Positions 26,857 through 40,368 of a DNA stretch of 64,000 nucleotides are shown here, in pieces. This stretch comes from Octopus vulgaris (lineage: Eukaryota), in the NCBI GenBank assembly GCA_951406725.2, contig OX597815.1:10664001-10728000 (forward strand), written 5' to 3'. How positions within the stretch are numbered: the stretch's first letter is position 1; every line of letters begins with the position of its first letter. The position numbers and the translations under genes were made by a program. The notes below the pieces were generated by a model. It was not told the origin of the DNA, ran no database searches, and was given only the letters and a program-made list of their open reading frames with translations.

Positions 26857-27442
26857 TACCTATTTCTTTACTACCCACAAGGGGCTAAACACAGAGGGGA
26901 CAAACAAGGACAGACAAACGGATTAAGTCGATTACATCAACCCCAGTGCGTAACTGGTTCTCATTTAATCGACCCCGAAAGGATGAGCGGCAAAGTCGAC
27001 ATCGGTGGAATTTGAACTCAGAACGTAACGGCAAACGAAATACTTATTTCTTTACTATCCACAAGGGGCTAAACACAGAGAGGACAAACAAGGACAGACA
27101 AAGGGATTAAGTCGATTATATCGACCCCAGTGCGTAACTGGTACTTATTTAATCGACCCCGAAAGGATGAGAGGCAAAGTCGATCTCGGCGGAATTTGAA
27201 CTCAGAACGTAACGGCAAACGAAATACCTATTTCTTTACTACCCACAAGGGGCTAAACAGAGAAGGGACAAACAAGGACAGACAAACGAATTAAGCCGAT
27301 TACATCGACCCCAGTGCGTAACCCCGAAAGGATGAAAGGCAAAGTCGACCTCGGCGGAATTTGAACACAGAACGTAACGGCAGACGAAATACCGCTAAGC
27401 ATTTCGCCCGGCGTGCTAACGTTTCTGCCAGCTCACCGCCTT
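26857..27442 (-). mobile_element. SINE family A trimer
   Basis: Three ~184-bp body units plus head. Confidence 0.9.
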
Positions 27443-28699
27443 ATACCAACAGAGTGTAAGTATTAATGTTGATGTCTTCGCCATAGTATTCAACTTTATT
27501 CGATATACGAATATATTCTACAAGCCAACTAATCTTCCTGACAGCCATATTTTGAAACCATGTTGAAACACATCAAGCAATCCATCAGCACTGGTTCGAG
27601 TGTTTTGCACTAACGCTACAAAATTACTAAGTAACAGGAGATAGTGATCAGTAATAGCTATCGCTAAGATACTACAGATGGCGCTAGTTATCCTAACCCC
27701 CCACCACTACTACAGCTCATCCATAATACAAGTGTCTTTATACAAAGTCACTTTACATTCAGGCGAGAAGTAGTTTAATCTGATGTTACACCGGAATACT
27801 GAATATCATATTTCAGTAGGCGAACACGGTCATGTTGTCGTGTGGTTTACTTTAGAGAGAACAGACATATGACCGCTGCTTGTCATCGAGGTGGCTAACA
27901 ACGAAAACAGAATATTTCCATAAGGTATTTCTAGAACAATCTAACGATGAATTGTACCCAGTTCATTTCACTTATAATGTATCTCTCCTTAATTTTCATA
28001 CTACTCATTGTTTTCCTTTTCAAATCCCTTTCTCTCTCTTATCCTTTCTTTCCTTCTGATAAAAAACTTACGTCCGACATATTAAGGAACTCTCTTTCTC
28101 CATTGAAGCGTTAAACTAATACCATATTTGTCAAACTTTGCTCTTGTGATATTTTATATATATATTATCTTTACAATATGATTGTATATATTTATGTATA
28201 TGATTGCTGTATGAACGACCTTTGAATCTTTTGCACTTTCCCTTTAAAGATATAGAATGGATCTGTCGTTTCTGTGAGTGATTTTATGCTAATCATTCGA
28301 CTGGTACAAGATTTCGGTGTGTGTAGAAGCAGTACCGTCCTGAATGTGAGAATAATCATTGCAGATCTCACTGTAGCCATGTACAGTGTCATCAAATGAT
28401 TGGGACTGAAGTATTTTCTAGACTTGGAGAAAAGGGTTTAGCTTTAGCACGTTGTCCTAGTTTTGTTATGGATATGCCTTTGCCAAGGTAGATCCCGAAT
28501 CACAGTGAGTCTTAACGACTGTGAGAGCTCTAGTCTAAATGCTACACATATTTAAGGATGCTGGTGCGATGATATTTTCTTGATGTGAATAGTGTTTTTT
28601 TTTTATTGGTGATGAATGAGGCAAAATATGACAGCTCTCTCCGCTACGCTAGGAGAGAAAACTTCAATGTTTTAGTAAATATTACTACTGCCTAAAACA

Positions 28700-28905
28700 A
28701 AGGCGGCGAGCTGGCAGAAACTATAGCACGGCGGGTGAAATGCTTAGCGGTATTTCGTCCATCTTTACGTTCTGAGTTCAAATTCCTCCGAAGTCGACCC
28801 TGCTTTTCATCCTTTCAGGGTTGATAAAATAAGGACCAGTTACGCACTGGGGTCGATATAATCGACTAAATCCGTTTGTCTGTCCTTGTTTGTCCTCTCT
28901 GTTTT
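28700..28905 (+). mobile_element. SINE family A, mosaic old/young copy
   Basis: Head plus a body variant (TTCCTCCGAAGTCGACCCTGCTTTT) shared with ~33900. Confidence 0.85.
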
Positions 28906-29321
28906 ATTCTTTATTCTAATAAAACCTTTCAAATTATTTGTCCATGGTATCAGTGTAGGTTTACTGTGTAGTGTCTAAATTGCATGTGAATGATGCGTGG
29001 TTGGAGAAGATCAGGGAGAAAAAGAAGCGTCGTATGGTCTACGTAAGAGTGAGCGTGGCTGGACATGACTTGTAGGTCACTGATTTATAGAAAGAAAAAA
29101 AAGTGGCGGGTAAACACTGGGGAACACCAGAGTCGACTGCATGTGGGCAGAAGAAATATCAACTACTCTGTTGTGAACTGGCATGAAGGCTTGATCGAAT
29201 AAATAAGAAACAAGTGGTTCCCTTACGCCGAAAGTTTCGGTACAGTTCAAAGTTTTGATACAGACAAAAGCTTTGCTGGAGTTGAGGGTAACAACATTGC
29301 TTTCATGGAATTTTTCAGAGA

Positions 29322-29737
29322 TGGCGTCGAGCTGGCAGAAACGTTAGCACGCCGGGCGAAATGCGTAGCCGTATTTCGTCTGCCGTTACGTTCTGAGTTC
29401 AAATTCCGCCGAGGTCGACTTTGCCTTTCATCCTTTCGGGGTCGATAAATTAAGTACTAGTTACGCACTGGGGTCGATATAATCGACTTAATCCGTTTGA
29501 CATCCTTGTTTGTCCCCTCTATGTTTAGCCCTTTGTGGGTTTTAAAAAAATAGGTATTTCGTCTGCCGTTACGTTCTGAGTTCAAATTCCGCCGAGGTCG
29601 ACTTTGCCTTTCATCCTTTCGAGGTCGATAAATTAAGTACCAGTTACACACTGGGGTTGATGTAATCGACTTAATCCGTTTGTCTGTCCTTGTTTGTCCA
29701 TTCTGTGTTTAGCCCCTTGTGGGTAATAAAGAAATAG
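29322..29737 (+). mobile_element. SINE family A dimer
   Basis: Head plus two units; flanked by GGAATTTTTCAGA TSD. Confidence 0.9.
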
Positions 29738-30333
29738 GAATTTTTCAGAAAGGGAAGCAAACTGGTGTGGGACATAAGAGAGTAGTCTCCAATTGATTTA
29801 GTTCTACTGAAGACATACAAGAGGTCATCAAGGAGAGAGCGGGCGCTGGGGGGGGAGTGTTGGAAAGCATCCGGCTTGTTTTATTTCTACGTGGTACACA
29901 AATGTTGAAGGGAATGTTCCACCCTTGTATGCATGTATGTATATATGCATGTATGTATATATGCATGTATGTATGTATGTATGTATTATGTATGTATGCA
30001 TGTAGGAATATATGCATGTATGTATATATGCATGTATGTATATATGCATGTATGTATGTATGTATGTATGTATGTATGTATGTATGTATGTATGTATGTA
30101 TGTATGTGTGTATGTATGTATGTATGCATGTAGGAATATATACTATTATTTACCACGAAATAGTGTGTATTTTTAAATGGATTTAATTTCAGCATAAGAT
30201 CTCAGGTCAAATCATTTGCAATCACGTACAAGTATTTATAAATGCTTTTACATATATAAATAAATCTCTCTATATATAAACGGCAAAATGTGTGTGTGTG
30301 GGGGGGGGGGGGTTTGTGTGTGTGTGTGTGGGG

Positions 30334-30369
<36 letters not shown>

Positions 30370-30750
30370 TTTATACAAATCCACAATTATTTTAGTTAGA
30401 GGGCTCGCACTTTCTATGGTCATTCAAAACTGTCCAAGGGTGGTCGTGCACATCTTTACATTTCTCCAGTTACCTTGCAAGGCCATTAAAAGATCAACAG
30501 AAATGAATTTTTTGTGAATTTTCTATACCAAACCCAATCAAAATGCCCGAAATTCGATACGCCAATTGAATGCCAGCTAGCTGTATGTGATTGGTCGGAG
30601 ATTTGGACAGTACTCGCGTGTATGTGCGCACGCACGCAGCTGTATATGCATACACTAGCACTATGACCCCGGCGTTGCCGGGTCATAGTGCTAGTGTATA
30701 TATATATGTGTGTGTGTATGTATGTACAAATATGTAAATATATATATATA

Positions 30751-30803
<53 letters not shown>

Positions 30804-30842
30804 GAATGTATGTACATCTGCATATATGTATGTTTATATATA

Positions 30843-31076
30843 ACTATTACTCCAAGGTCTCTGGTGTTGTTGGATGACACTAGGGAGTCGCCCTAGGGAA
30901 GAGCATGTGGTAATTTCAAGAGTTTCCTCTTTCCCAAAGTGGATCAAGTCAGACTTATCTTCATTTAAAAGCATATTGTGCTTTATTTTTTCGTCCATTG
31001 GACAATAGCAAACAGATCTAACTGAAGGCATATTCGGTCTCCCATGCTGTTTATGTCTTTCTGGAGTTTGGAATCG
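30843..31076 (-). mobile_element. Inverted internal RT fragment of the CR1/L2-group LINE
   Basis: Minus frames give [43 protein letters not shown] and [12 protein letters not shown], collinear with the ORF at 2470-3921. Confidence 0.85.
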
Positions 31077-31122
31077 TGTGTGTGTATGTGTATATATGTA
31101 TGTATATTTATATATGTATGTT

Positions 31123-31211
<89 letters not shown>

Positions 31212-31218
31212 GTATGTA

Positions 31219-31267
<49 letters not shown>

Positions 31268-31287
31268 GTATATATATATATATACAC

Positions 31288-31339
<52 letters not shown>

Positions 31340-31347
31340 ATATATAC

Positions 31348-31395
<48 letters not shown>

Positions 31396-31554
31396 GTATA
31401 TATATATATGTATATATATGCATATATATATATATATATGTATATGTATATGTATATATATGTATATATATATATGTATATATATGTACTTATATATGTA
31501 TATATATATATGTATATATATATATGTATATATATGTATATATGTATATATATG

Positions 31555-31587
<33 letters not shown>

Positions 31588-31800
31588 GTATATATATATG
31601 TATATATATATATGTATATATATGTATATATATATATGTATATATATGTATATATATATATATATGTATATATATGTATATGTATATGTATATATATATA
31701 TGTATATATATATGTATATATGTATATATATATGTATATATGTATATATATATGTATATATGTATGTATATATATATATGTATATATATATATATGTATA

Positions 31801-31851
<51 letters not shown>

Positions 31852-31882
31852 GTATATATATATATATGTATATATATGTATA

Positions 31883-31938
<56 letters not shown>

Positions 31939-31940
31939 TA
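31077..31940. repeat. ~860-bp (TA)n/(TATG) microsatellite
   Basis: Direct inspection. Confidence 0.97.
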
Positions 31941-32503
31941 CAAAACAAAATATTATGAGAATTGAAGCTCCCCAAAGGTCAATCACAAAAAAGATAGATG
32001 GCATGTCAGACCTTGACTACTGGGGTAGACTAGAGAAGCTGAAATTGTATTCACTCCAACGACGCCGTGAACGCTACATTATCTGTATGATGTGGAAAAT
32101 ATTCCATCAGCACTGTCCGAATGATGTTGGCATCACCTTCAAAATGCATCCAAGGCTTGGACCACGTGCCATCCGTCCACAACAAAAATCTAAATCGCAT
32201 CACATAACGACAATACGGCACAACTATTTCACCTCAATTGGACCCGCTCTCTTCAACATTACACCAGGACACGTCAAAACAGAAACTGACCACACAAAAT
32301 TCAAGAAGTCTTTGGACAAATTCCTTCAAACAGTACCGGACAAACCACCCACACCCGGATATGTCTCCGCAAACAATAACTCTCTGCTCGAATGGGCCTT
32401 GGTGCCCAAATCCTGAACTGAAAGACTTCGCCAGGTGGTGCTATTAAGTTAGACATGGCCTGGGCCAATACTGGCCAAAACCTTTCTAAGTTATTCTAAG
32501 TTA
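31941..32503 (+). mobile_element. 3' end of a CR1/L2-group LINE
   Basis: [44 protein letters not shown]...; same 3' UTR and TCTAAGTT tail as ~3959-4031. Confidence 0.92.
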
Positions 32504-33445
32504 TATACATATATATATATTATATGTATGTATGTATATATGTATATTTATATATGTATATGTGTTTGTAAAATACACGTATACACAGATTACGTATATA
32601 TATTTTTTTTATCAATACGTTTATTATATAAATGCATAAATCTATATATGTTATGCATTATTTATGTATGCGTGCATGTTTAAATGTGTCTGAGTATACA
32701 TCTATGAATGTTGGTTGCTTGGATGTGTGTGTAATCGAAACAAATTATACCATAACAAACAAGTTGAAACAAGATCAATCGCAGAAGATTCTTATCACAT
32801 GCTCCCCACCCTCACTGCTCACACAAATATGATTGTTCCAGATAATTTTGTGTCTGACTTCATAATTAATTGCACTAACACACGTCTTCCGATAGTGAAT
32901 GGGTGAAGGTGGGCATTTTTGACATTTGCTGTCATCTATGTCTCTCTCTCAGTACCAGTGTTTTACTGGGGTCGATGTAATCGACTAATCTCCTCCCTAT
33001 AAAATTTCAGGTCTTGTGCCATTAATAGAAAGGATTATAAAGATGCTACAACGTCAGGTTACTTTAAGCTTCAACCCTTTACGGTATGAGGTCAAGTCTT
33101 GCCATGGTCAACTTCACTTTTGAGCCTTCAGAAGTTGATAAAATAAATTTCTTTCAAGTCCTTGATTCGATTTACATGACTGATATTGGTGTCACCCAGG
33201 CCTTCTTTAACCAAGTAATAGCGTTTTGCAGATAGTATGGTGAAGGCGGAGGTATCGTGGGAGGTATAGTGGAAGTGGTGTGTTCTAAGTGGCAGGAGTC
33301 CTGAGAAACAGAACTTACATTTCACTAATTACCTCGGCGAATATATTTACGAGATCTCAAACCACGCAAAATATGACAGCTCTATGTGCTACGCTAGGAG
33401 AGAAAACTTCAATGTTTCAGTAAATATTACTACTGCTTAAAACAA

Positions 33446-34012
33446 AGGCGGCGAGCTGGCAGAATCGCTAGCACGCCGGGCGAAATGCTTAGCGGTATTT
33501 CGTCTGCCGTTACGTTCTGAGTTCAAATTCCGCCGAGGTCTACTTTGCCTTCCATCCTTTCGGGGTCGATAAAATAAGAACCAGTTACGCACTGGGGTCG
33601 ATGTAATCGACTTAATTCGTTTGTCTGTCCTTGTTTGTCCCCTCTGTGTTAAGCTAGCCCCTTGTGAGTAGTAAAGAAATAGGTATTTCGTCTGCCGCTA
33701 CGTTCTGAGTTCAAATTCCGCCGAGGTCAACTTTGCCTTTCATCCTTTCGGGGTCGATTAAATAAGTACCAGTTACTCACGGCAGTCGATATAATCGACT
33801 TAATCCGTTTGTCTGTCCTTGTTTGTTCCTCTCTGTGTTTAGCCCCTTGTGGATAGTAAAGAAATAGGTATTTCGTCTGCCGCTACGTTCTGAGTTCAAA
33901 TTCCTCCGAAGTCGACCCTGCTTTTCATCCTTTCAGGGTTGATAAAATAAATCCCGGTTGAGCATTGGGGTCGCTGTAATCGACTTGCCTCCTTCCCTCT
34001 AAATTGCTGGCC
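33446..34012 (+). mobile_element. SINE family A: head, two young units, then an old body and old tail
   Basis: Flanked by ATATTACTACTGCT at ~33425 and ~34014. Confidence 0.88.
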
Positions 34013-34369
34013 TTGTGCTAAAATATGAAGTCGATATTACTACTGCTAAATTATCATGATATGCGTGAGTATAGTGGTGGTGGTGTTGGTGATGACGACG
34101 AAAATAATGTTAGCGGCGGCAGTATCGTTTCATGAATATTACAAGCATATATTTAATGATGTGTCACATTGACACTTGGTCACTCTTGATATCAAACTGA
34201 TACAGACGACTGAACTGTCCGCAATACATGGCTACATCGCTCTTCCCCGTCGATAATGTCAACATCCCCTTAGGCTTAAAACTTGAAACGAAAAAAAATT
34301 TTTAGCGGAACGAAACTGAATAGGATCAAATATTTCTTGTGTGAGTTACTCTAGTATTTCTACTTCACC

Positions 34370-34406
34370 ATGCAGGCAGAGGAAAAGCTTGTGTTAGACG
34401 TAGCAG
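34370..34406 (+). CDS. Gene 2 candidate first coding exon
   Basis: CACCATG; MQAEEKLVLDVA; donor G|GTAAAC in phase 1, matching the acceptor at 40369. Confidence 0.45.
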
Positions 34407-34921
34407 GTAAACCATTAGTATTTTATATTACATCCTACTCTACAAACAGAAAAACGCGCATGTATGCTGGATCAGGGCTGATCGAGGTCTAAACGAGAAG
34501 TCATATCCTCGCCATCATTTCAGTTTGTATAATTAATGAAGTAAAACGCTTGTTCAGTCTATTCACTTCATTAATTACCACTGAAACACATATATATATA
34601 TATATATACTGTTGCTCCCATTGGAACACAAGGTAAAATCTATAATGAACTCCTGCACTACACTTGACAAAACAGTAAGCAACGACTATGGATTTTTTCT
34701 ATTATACTCCTTATAATATATTTTTCGCCTTTTCAAGAACATGGATTCTATTGAATGTATGTAACAATTATGAACTGTTCCATTATACTCTTTATATATA
34801 TAGCATGGACTCTATTGAATGTATGAAACAATTATGAACTGTTAAGGTTCGTTATTTCAAGAACCGAAACATGTAAAATTAAAATTTATCTAATGTAGTG
34901 GCATTTTCAAACTTCTTTTTT

Positions 34922-34967
<46 letters not shown>

Positions 34968-35081
34968 ATCACGTGACCGACCAGTTCATCAGATGTAGTT
35001 ACACATCGCTGGTCACAATGCGTTCGCATTCTTTTAGCCTTCGAATGACGCCACCCCGCTGGCTAAGCGAGCAGGCCATGA

Positions 35082-35201
35082 AAGCTTACAGCACCTAGGT
35101 TTCCCAAGCGGTCACCCATCTAAGTACTAACTAGGCTCGATGTTGCTTAATTTCGGTGATCGTAGGAGAACCGGTGCTTTCAACGTGATATGGCCGTAAG
35201 C
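35082..35201 (-). pseudogene. Full-length 5S rRNA copy (probably retroposed, or the head of a 5S-derived SINE)
   Basis: Minus strand GCTTACGGCCATATCACGTTGAAAGCACCGGTTCTC...TTAAGCAAC...GTTAGTACTTAGATGGGTGACCGCTTGGGAA...GGTGCTGTAAGCT; terminal helix GCTTAC/GTAAGC; solitary, with only TTT downstream. Confidence 0.92.
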
Positions 35202-35253
35202 ATATATATATATATATATATATATACATACATACACACACACATACACACAC

Positions 35254-35284
<31 letters not shown>

Positions 35285-36004
35285 TGCGATGTACGTACGT
35301 ACACTTTGGTCTCTTATATGTAAGTACACATTTTTCTACATCTTGTTCGACTCTATTTCTGTCTGCTAGCCCTTTCACGCTTATTTGGTCATTCCACTCT
35401 TCGTTCTTTCGTTCCCCCTCTCTCACATTTCCTTGCCTTCTCTTCTTGCTCACTTTCCCTTCAATTTTCAGTTCACGGTGTCCCTATCATTTTTCTCACC
35501 CCTCCTTAATTCTTCTGTCCCTCTACTTCTACTTCTCTCTCTTCTCTTCCCACGTGACCGACGTTCGGCCAAGCCTGTTCTTTCTCTCTTGGTCTGGCCG
35601 TTGACCGTGCAACATCGATATTCCTCCCTGTGTTTGTGAAATCTTGTATCCCTGTGGTAAGGCTTCATTTCCACACACGACAGTTTAATTTAAATCGTTC
35701 TTAATCGAAAGACACATGTTGTTGTGTCCTGTTATTATTTTATTGTATTTGTATAACATTGTCCGTTTTTTTTGTCCTTGTTTTTGTATACATTCGCTGC
35801 TTTCTTCCGATGAATCTTATGCTCTTAGCTTAGTTCTTCCATAGGGCTGGCCAGATTGGAGCAATCTCAAGTATAATCAGCCGAAATTGTAAAGGTAATC
35901 TGGTACTTGACTGAGGAAAGAAAACTTCGAATGACCCGTCCTTGTTTTCTTTGTCTCGTCTATCTGGATGTTTTGTTGTCCCATTTTGTATTATATATAT
36001 ATAT

Positions 36005-36061
<57 letters not shown>

Positions 36062-36142
36062 TATACATATATATACATACATTCATATATATATATATAT
36101 CTCTCTCTATATATATATATAAATGTGCATTCATATATGTAT

Positions 36143-36205
<63 letters not shown>

Positions 36206-36368
36206 TATGTTTTGTTTCAGCTCAGACACACACACATAATACCCTTATATATGTATACATACATATATACATATATATATATGATACATATATTTCTACA
36301 TACGTATATACGGATCTTCACATACGTACATTCAAGAGAAATCTTCAGGAGTGAGCTCAGATCTGAGA

Positions 36369-36432
<64 letters not shown>

Positions 36433-36919
36433 CATACACACGTAGAAACATATGCATATGTCGATGTATCCATAGCTAATGAACATACATGTATATTTAT
36501 GAACTGTCTGTGTCCATGCGTGGGTATGTATGCATTGAGAGGATGACTAGGTGGGAAGAATCACCTAGGAACGCATCCTACACGAAAAAATATTGTATGT
36601 TTTAATGTATTGAAACCAAAGTGTATTAACAGACGCACATCGCTGTTGTATTCGAAAGACTTAACATTTAGCATTTACTACATACATTCATGGAAACACA
36701 CACACGATATCATAAATTGTAAGGTAGAATGAATTATCTTAATCAAAATATATCTTCAGTTCATTTGCTTTCTCAACATTGTTACGGTGCTGCCAGAATG
36801 CAATGTCTGTTGCATTTATTTAAGTTTTGCTCTAATACAAAACTATCACACACCTAGTATAACATTGTCTGATCCTATCTTTAAAAAGTGATAATAAGAT
36901 TACTAAATGCTGTGTGGAT

Positions 36920-37333
36920 AGGCGCAGGAGTGGCTGTGTGGTAAGTAGCTTGCTAACCAACCACATGGTTCCGGGTTCAATCCCACTGCGTGGCATCTTG
37001 GGCAAGTGTCTTCTGCTATAGCCCCGGGCCGACCAATGCCTTATGAGTGGATTTCGTAGACGGAAACTTTAAGAAGCCTGTCGTATATATGTATATATAT
37101 AGATATATATATATATATGTATGTTTGTGTGTCTGTGTTTGTCCCCCTAGCATTGCTTGACAACCGATGCTGGTGTGTTTACGTCCCCGTCACTTAGCGG
37201 TTCGGCAAAAGAGACCGATAGAATAAGTACTGGGCTTACAAAGAAGAAGTCCCGGGGTCGATTTGCTCGACTAAAGGCGGTGCTCCAGCATGGCCGCAGT
37301 CAAATGACAGAAACAAGTAAAAGAGTAAAAGAA
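36920..37333 (+). mobile_element. SINE family C, full length, with internal microsatellite
   Basis: A box TGGCTGTGTGG, B box GGTTCAATCCC, CORE-like CTTGGGCAAGT, internal (TA)/(TG) run, tail with repeated GTAAAAGA. Confidence 0.9.
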
Positions 37334-37356
37334 TAAATATGCACAAGGATTTTTTA

Positions 37357-37836
37357 AGGCGGCGAGCTGGCAGAACCGTTAGGACGCCGGAGAAATGCTT
37401 GGCTTTATTTCGTCCGTCTTCACGTTCTGAATTCAAATTCCTCCGAGGATAACTTCGTCATTTATCCTTTCGTGGTCGATAAAATAAGGGATTTAATCGA
37501 CTTAGCCCCTCCACCAAACCTACTTGCGTTGTGCCTGAACTTGAAACTAATATTACACACACACATGAAGCAGCATATCACTTATGTGATATAATAAATC
37601 GAAAAGGGGCAGCGAGCTGGTAGAGCCGTTAGCACGCCGGGCGAAATGCGTAGCCGTATTTCGTCCGCCGCTGTGTTCTGAGTTCAAATTCCGCCGAGGT
37701 CGACTTTACATTTCATACTTTCGGAGTCGATAAAATATGTACCAGTTACGCACTGGGGTCGATGTAATCGACTTAATCCATTTGTCTGTCCTTGCTTGTC
37801 CCCTCTATGTTTAGCCCCTCGTGGGTAATAAAGAAA
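37357..37836 (+). mobile_element. Two SINE family A copies (one old, one younger)
   Basis: Heads at ~37357 and ~37607. Confidence 0.82.
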
Positions 37837-38148
37837 CAAAATAAGATTACTAAATATTTGAAGGATGATCAATAATATTTTCAGCTTTCAATATAATGAT
37901 ATATTCCGCTGTGGTCGACAGTGGTTTTCATTCTTTCGTGGTCGATAAATAAGTATCAGGCTAGCACTTATAATCGACTAACTACACCCTTCCCGAGATT
38001 GCTGGCATTGTGCTAAAATTTGAAACCAATATAATAATAATGTAATCAAGGAATATACCGTTCGTCTTGCGATATCTATCATATTCATCTGCTCACACAT
38101 GTGTGCATATTCACACACATACACACACATAAATACACACACGCACGC

Positions 38149-38207
<59 letters not shown>

Positions 38208-38208
38208 C

Positions 38209-38263
<55 letters not shown>

Positions 38264-38342
38264 CCTACCTATATTTCTGTCTGTCTATCTATCTATAATA
38301 ATAATAATGACAACAACAACAACAAAAACAATAATAATGATG

Positions 38343-38377
<35 letters not shown>

Positions 38378-38808
38378 TTCATTGGGGTCAGATGGATGAT
38401 AATCCGGAGATTGTTTGTTATATTAAACACCTGCCTGAAAAGGGAGTAAGCAAGTCCTTCTGTTTCCTTAACTCTCATCGAACATCGATCTCATAAGCAT
38501 TGATACATTATTCAATAATATACGCAACTATTTTTACATGAGTGTTTTAGATAGAATACCGAAGATCGATTCTTCAGAATCATGCATAAAGGCTAGATAT
38601 TTATTTACATCCATCCATCCATCCATCCATACGTACGTACGTACATACATACATACATACATACATACATACATACATACATGATGATTGCCGTCCACTC
38701 GTGACCGAGGAAGACCATTGCCGACCTTCAGGAACATTGTGCGCTCTAGGACTAACTTATATTTTGCATTTGCGGCTCCGTTGGTGGCTAATGAGCCCGA
38801 AGCAGGAA

Positions 38809-40178
38809 CATACATACATACATACATACATGCATACATGCATGCATGCATACATACATACATACATACATACATACATACATACATACATACATACATG
38901 CATGCATGCATGCATACATACATACATACATACATACATACATACATACATACATACATACATACATACATACAAACATACATACATACATGCATACATA
39001 CATACATGCATGCATACATGCATGCATGCATACATACATACATACATACATACATGCATGCATGCATGCATGCATGCATACATACATACACACATACATA
39101 CATACATACATGCATGCATACATACATACATACATACATACATACATACATACATACATGCATACATACATACATACATACATACATACATACATACATA
39201 CATACATACATACACACATACATACACACATACATACACACATACATACATACATACATACATACATACATACATACATACATACATACATACATACATA
39301 CATACATACATACATACATACATACATACATACACACATACATACACACATACATACATACATACATACATACATACATACATACATACATACATACATA
39401 CATACATACATACATACATACATACATACATACATACATACATACATACATACATACATACATACATACATACATACACACATACATACATACATACATA
39501 CATACATACATACATACATACATACATACATACATACATACATACATACATACATACATACATACATACATGCATACATACATACATACATACATACATA
39601 CATACATACATACATACATACATACATACATACATACATACATACATACATACATACATACATACATACATACATACATACATACATGCATGCATACATA
39701 CATACATACATACATACATACACACATACATACACACATACATACATACATGCATACATACATACATACATACATACATACATACATACATACATACATA
39801 CATACATACATGCATACATACATACACACAAACACACATACATACATACATACATACATACATACATACATACATACATACATACATACATACATACATA
39901 CATACATACATACATACATACATACATACATACATACATACATACATACCTACATACATACATACATACATACATACATACATACATACATACATACACA
40001 CACAAACACACATACATACATACATACCTACATACATACATACATACATACATACATACATACATACATACATACATACACACATACATACATACATACA
40101 TACATACATACATACATACATACATACATACACACACAAACACACATACATACATACATACATACATACATACATACA

Positions 40179-40212
<34 letters not shown>

Positions 40213-40265
40213 CATACATACATACATACATACACACATACACACATACATACATACATACATAC
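38809..40265. repeat. ~1.45-kb (CATA)n microsatellite
   Basis: Direct inspection; source of the 470-830 aa spurious ORFs. Confidence 0.98.
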
Positions 40266-40368
40266 GTATACGAATACTCATACATATATTTACCGACAAA
40301 CTTTCCCATATTTACCGAAGAAATTTCCCATATAAGCCAAAATAACGATTTTCTTCTCTTTATTCCAG

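Noticed and set aside
28050-28090. Additional hammerhead (CTGATAAA...)
   Set aside because: Core and stems are too degenerate to fold.
30834-32004. Long YI-repeat ORFs
   Set aside because: Produced by the (TA)n tract; only the flanking LINE fragments derive from coding sequence.
38392-38445. Mini-exon [18 protein letters not shown] with a GTAAGC donor
   Set aside because: The phase 0 donor is incompatible with the phase 1 acceptor at 40369 and no bridging exon was found.
38534-40345. ORFs of 470-830 aa (HTYI/MYVC repeats)
   Set aside because: Translations of the (CATA)n microsatellite; only 40369-41130 of the 38688-41183 ORF looks like a real exon.
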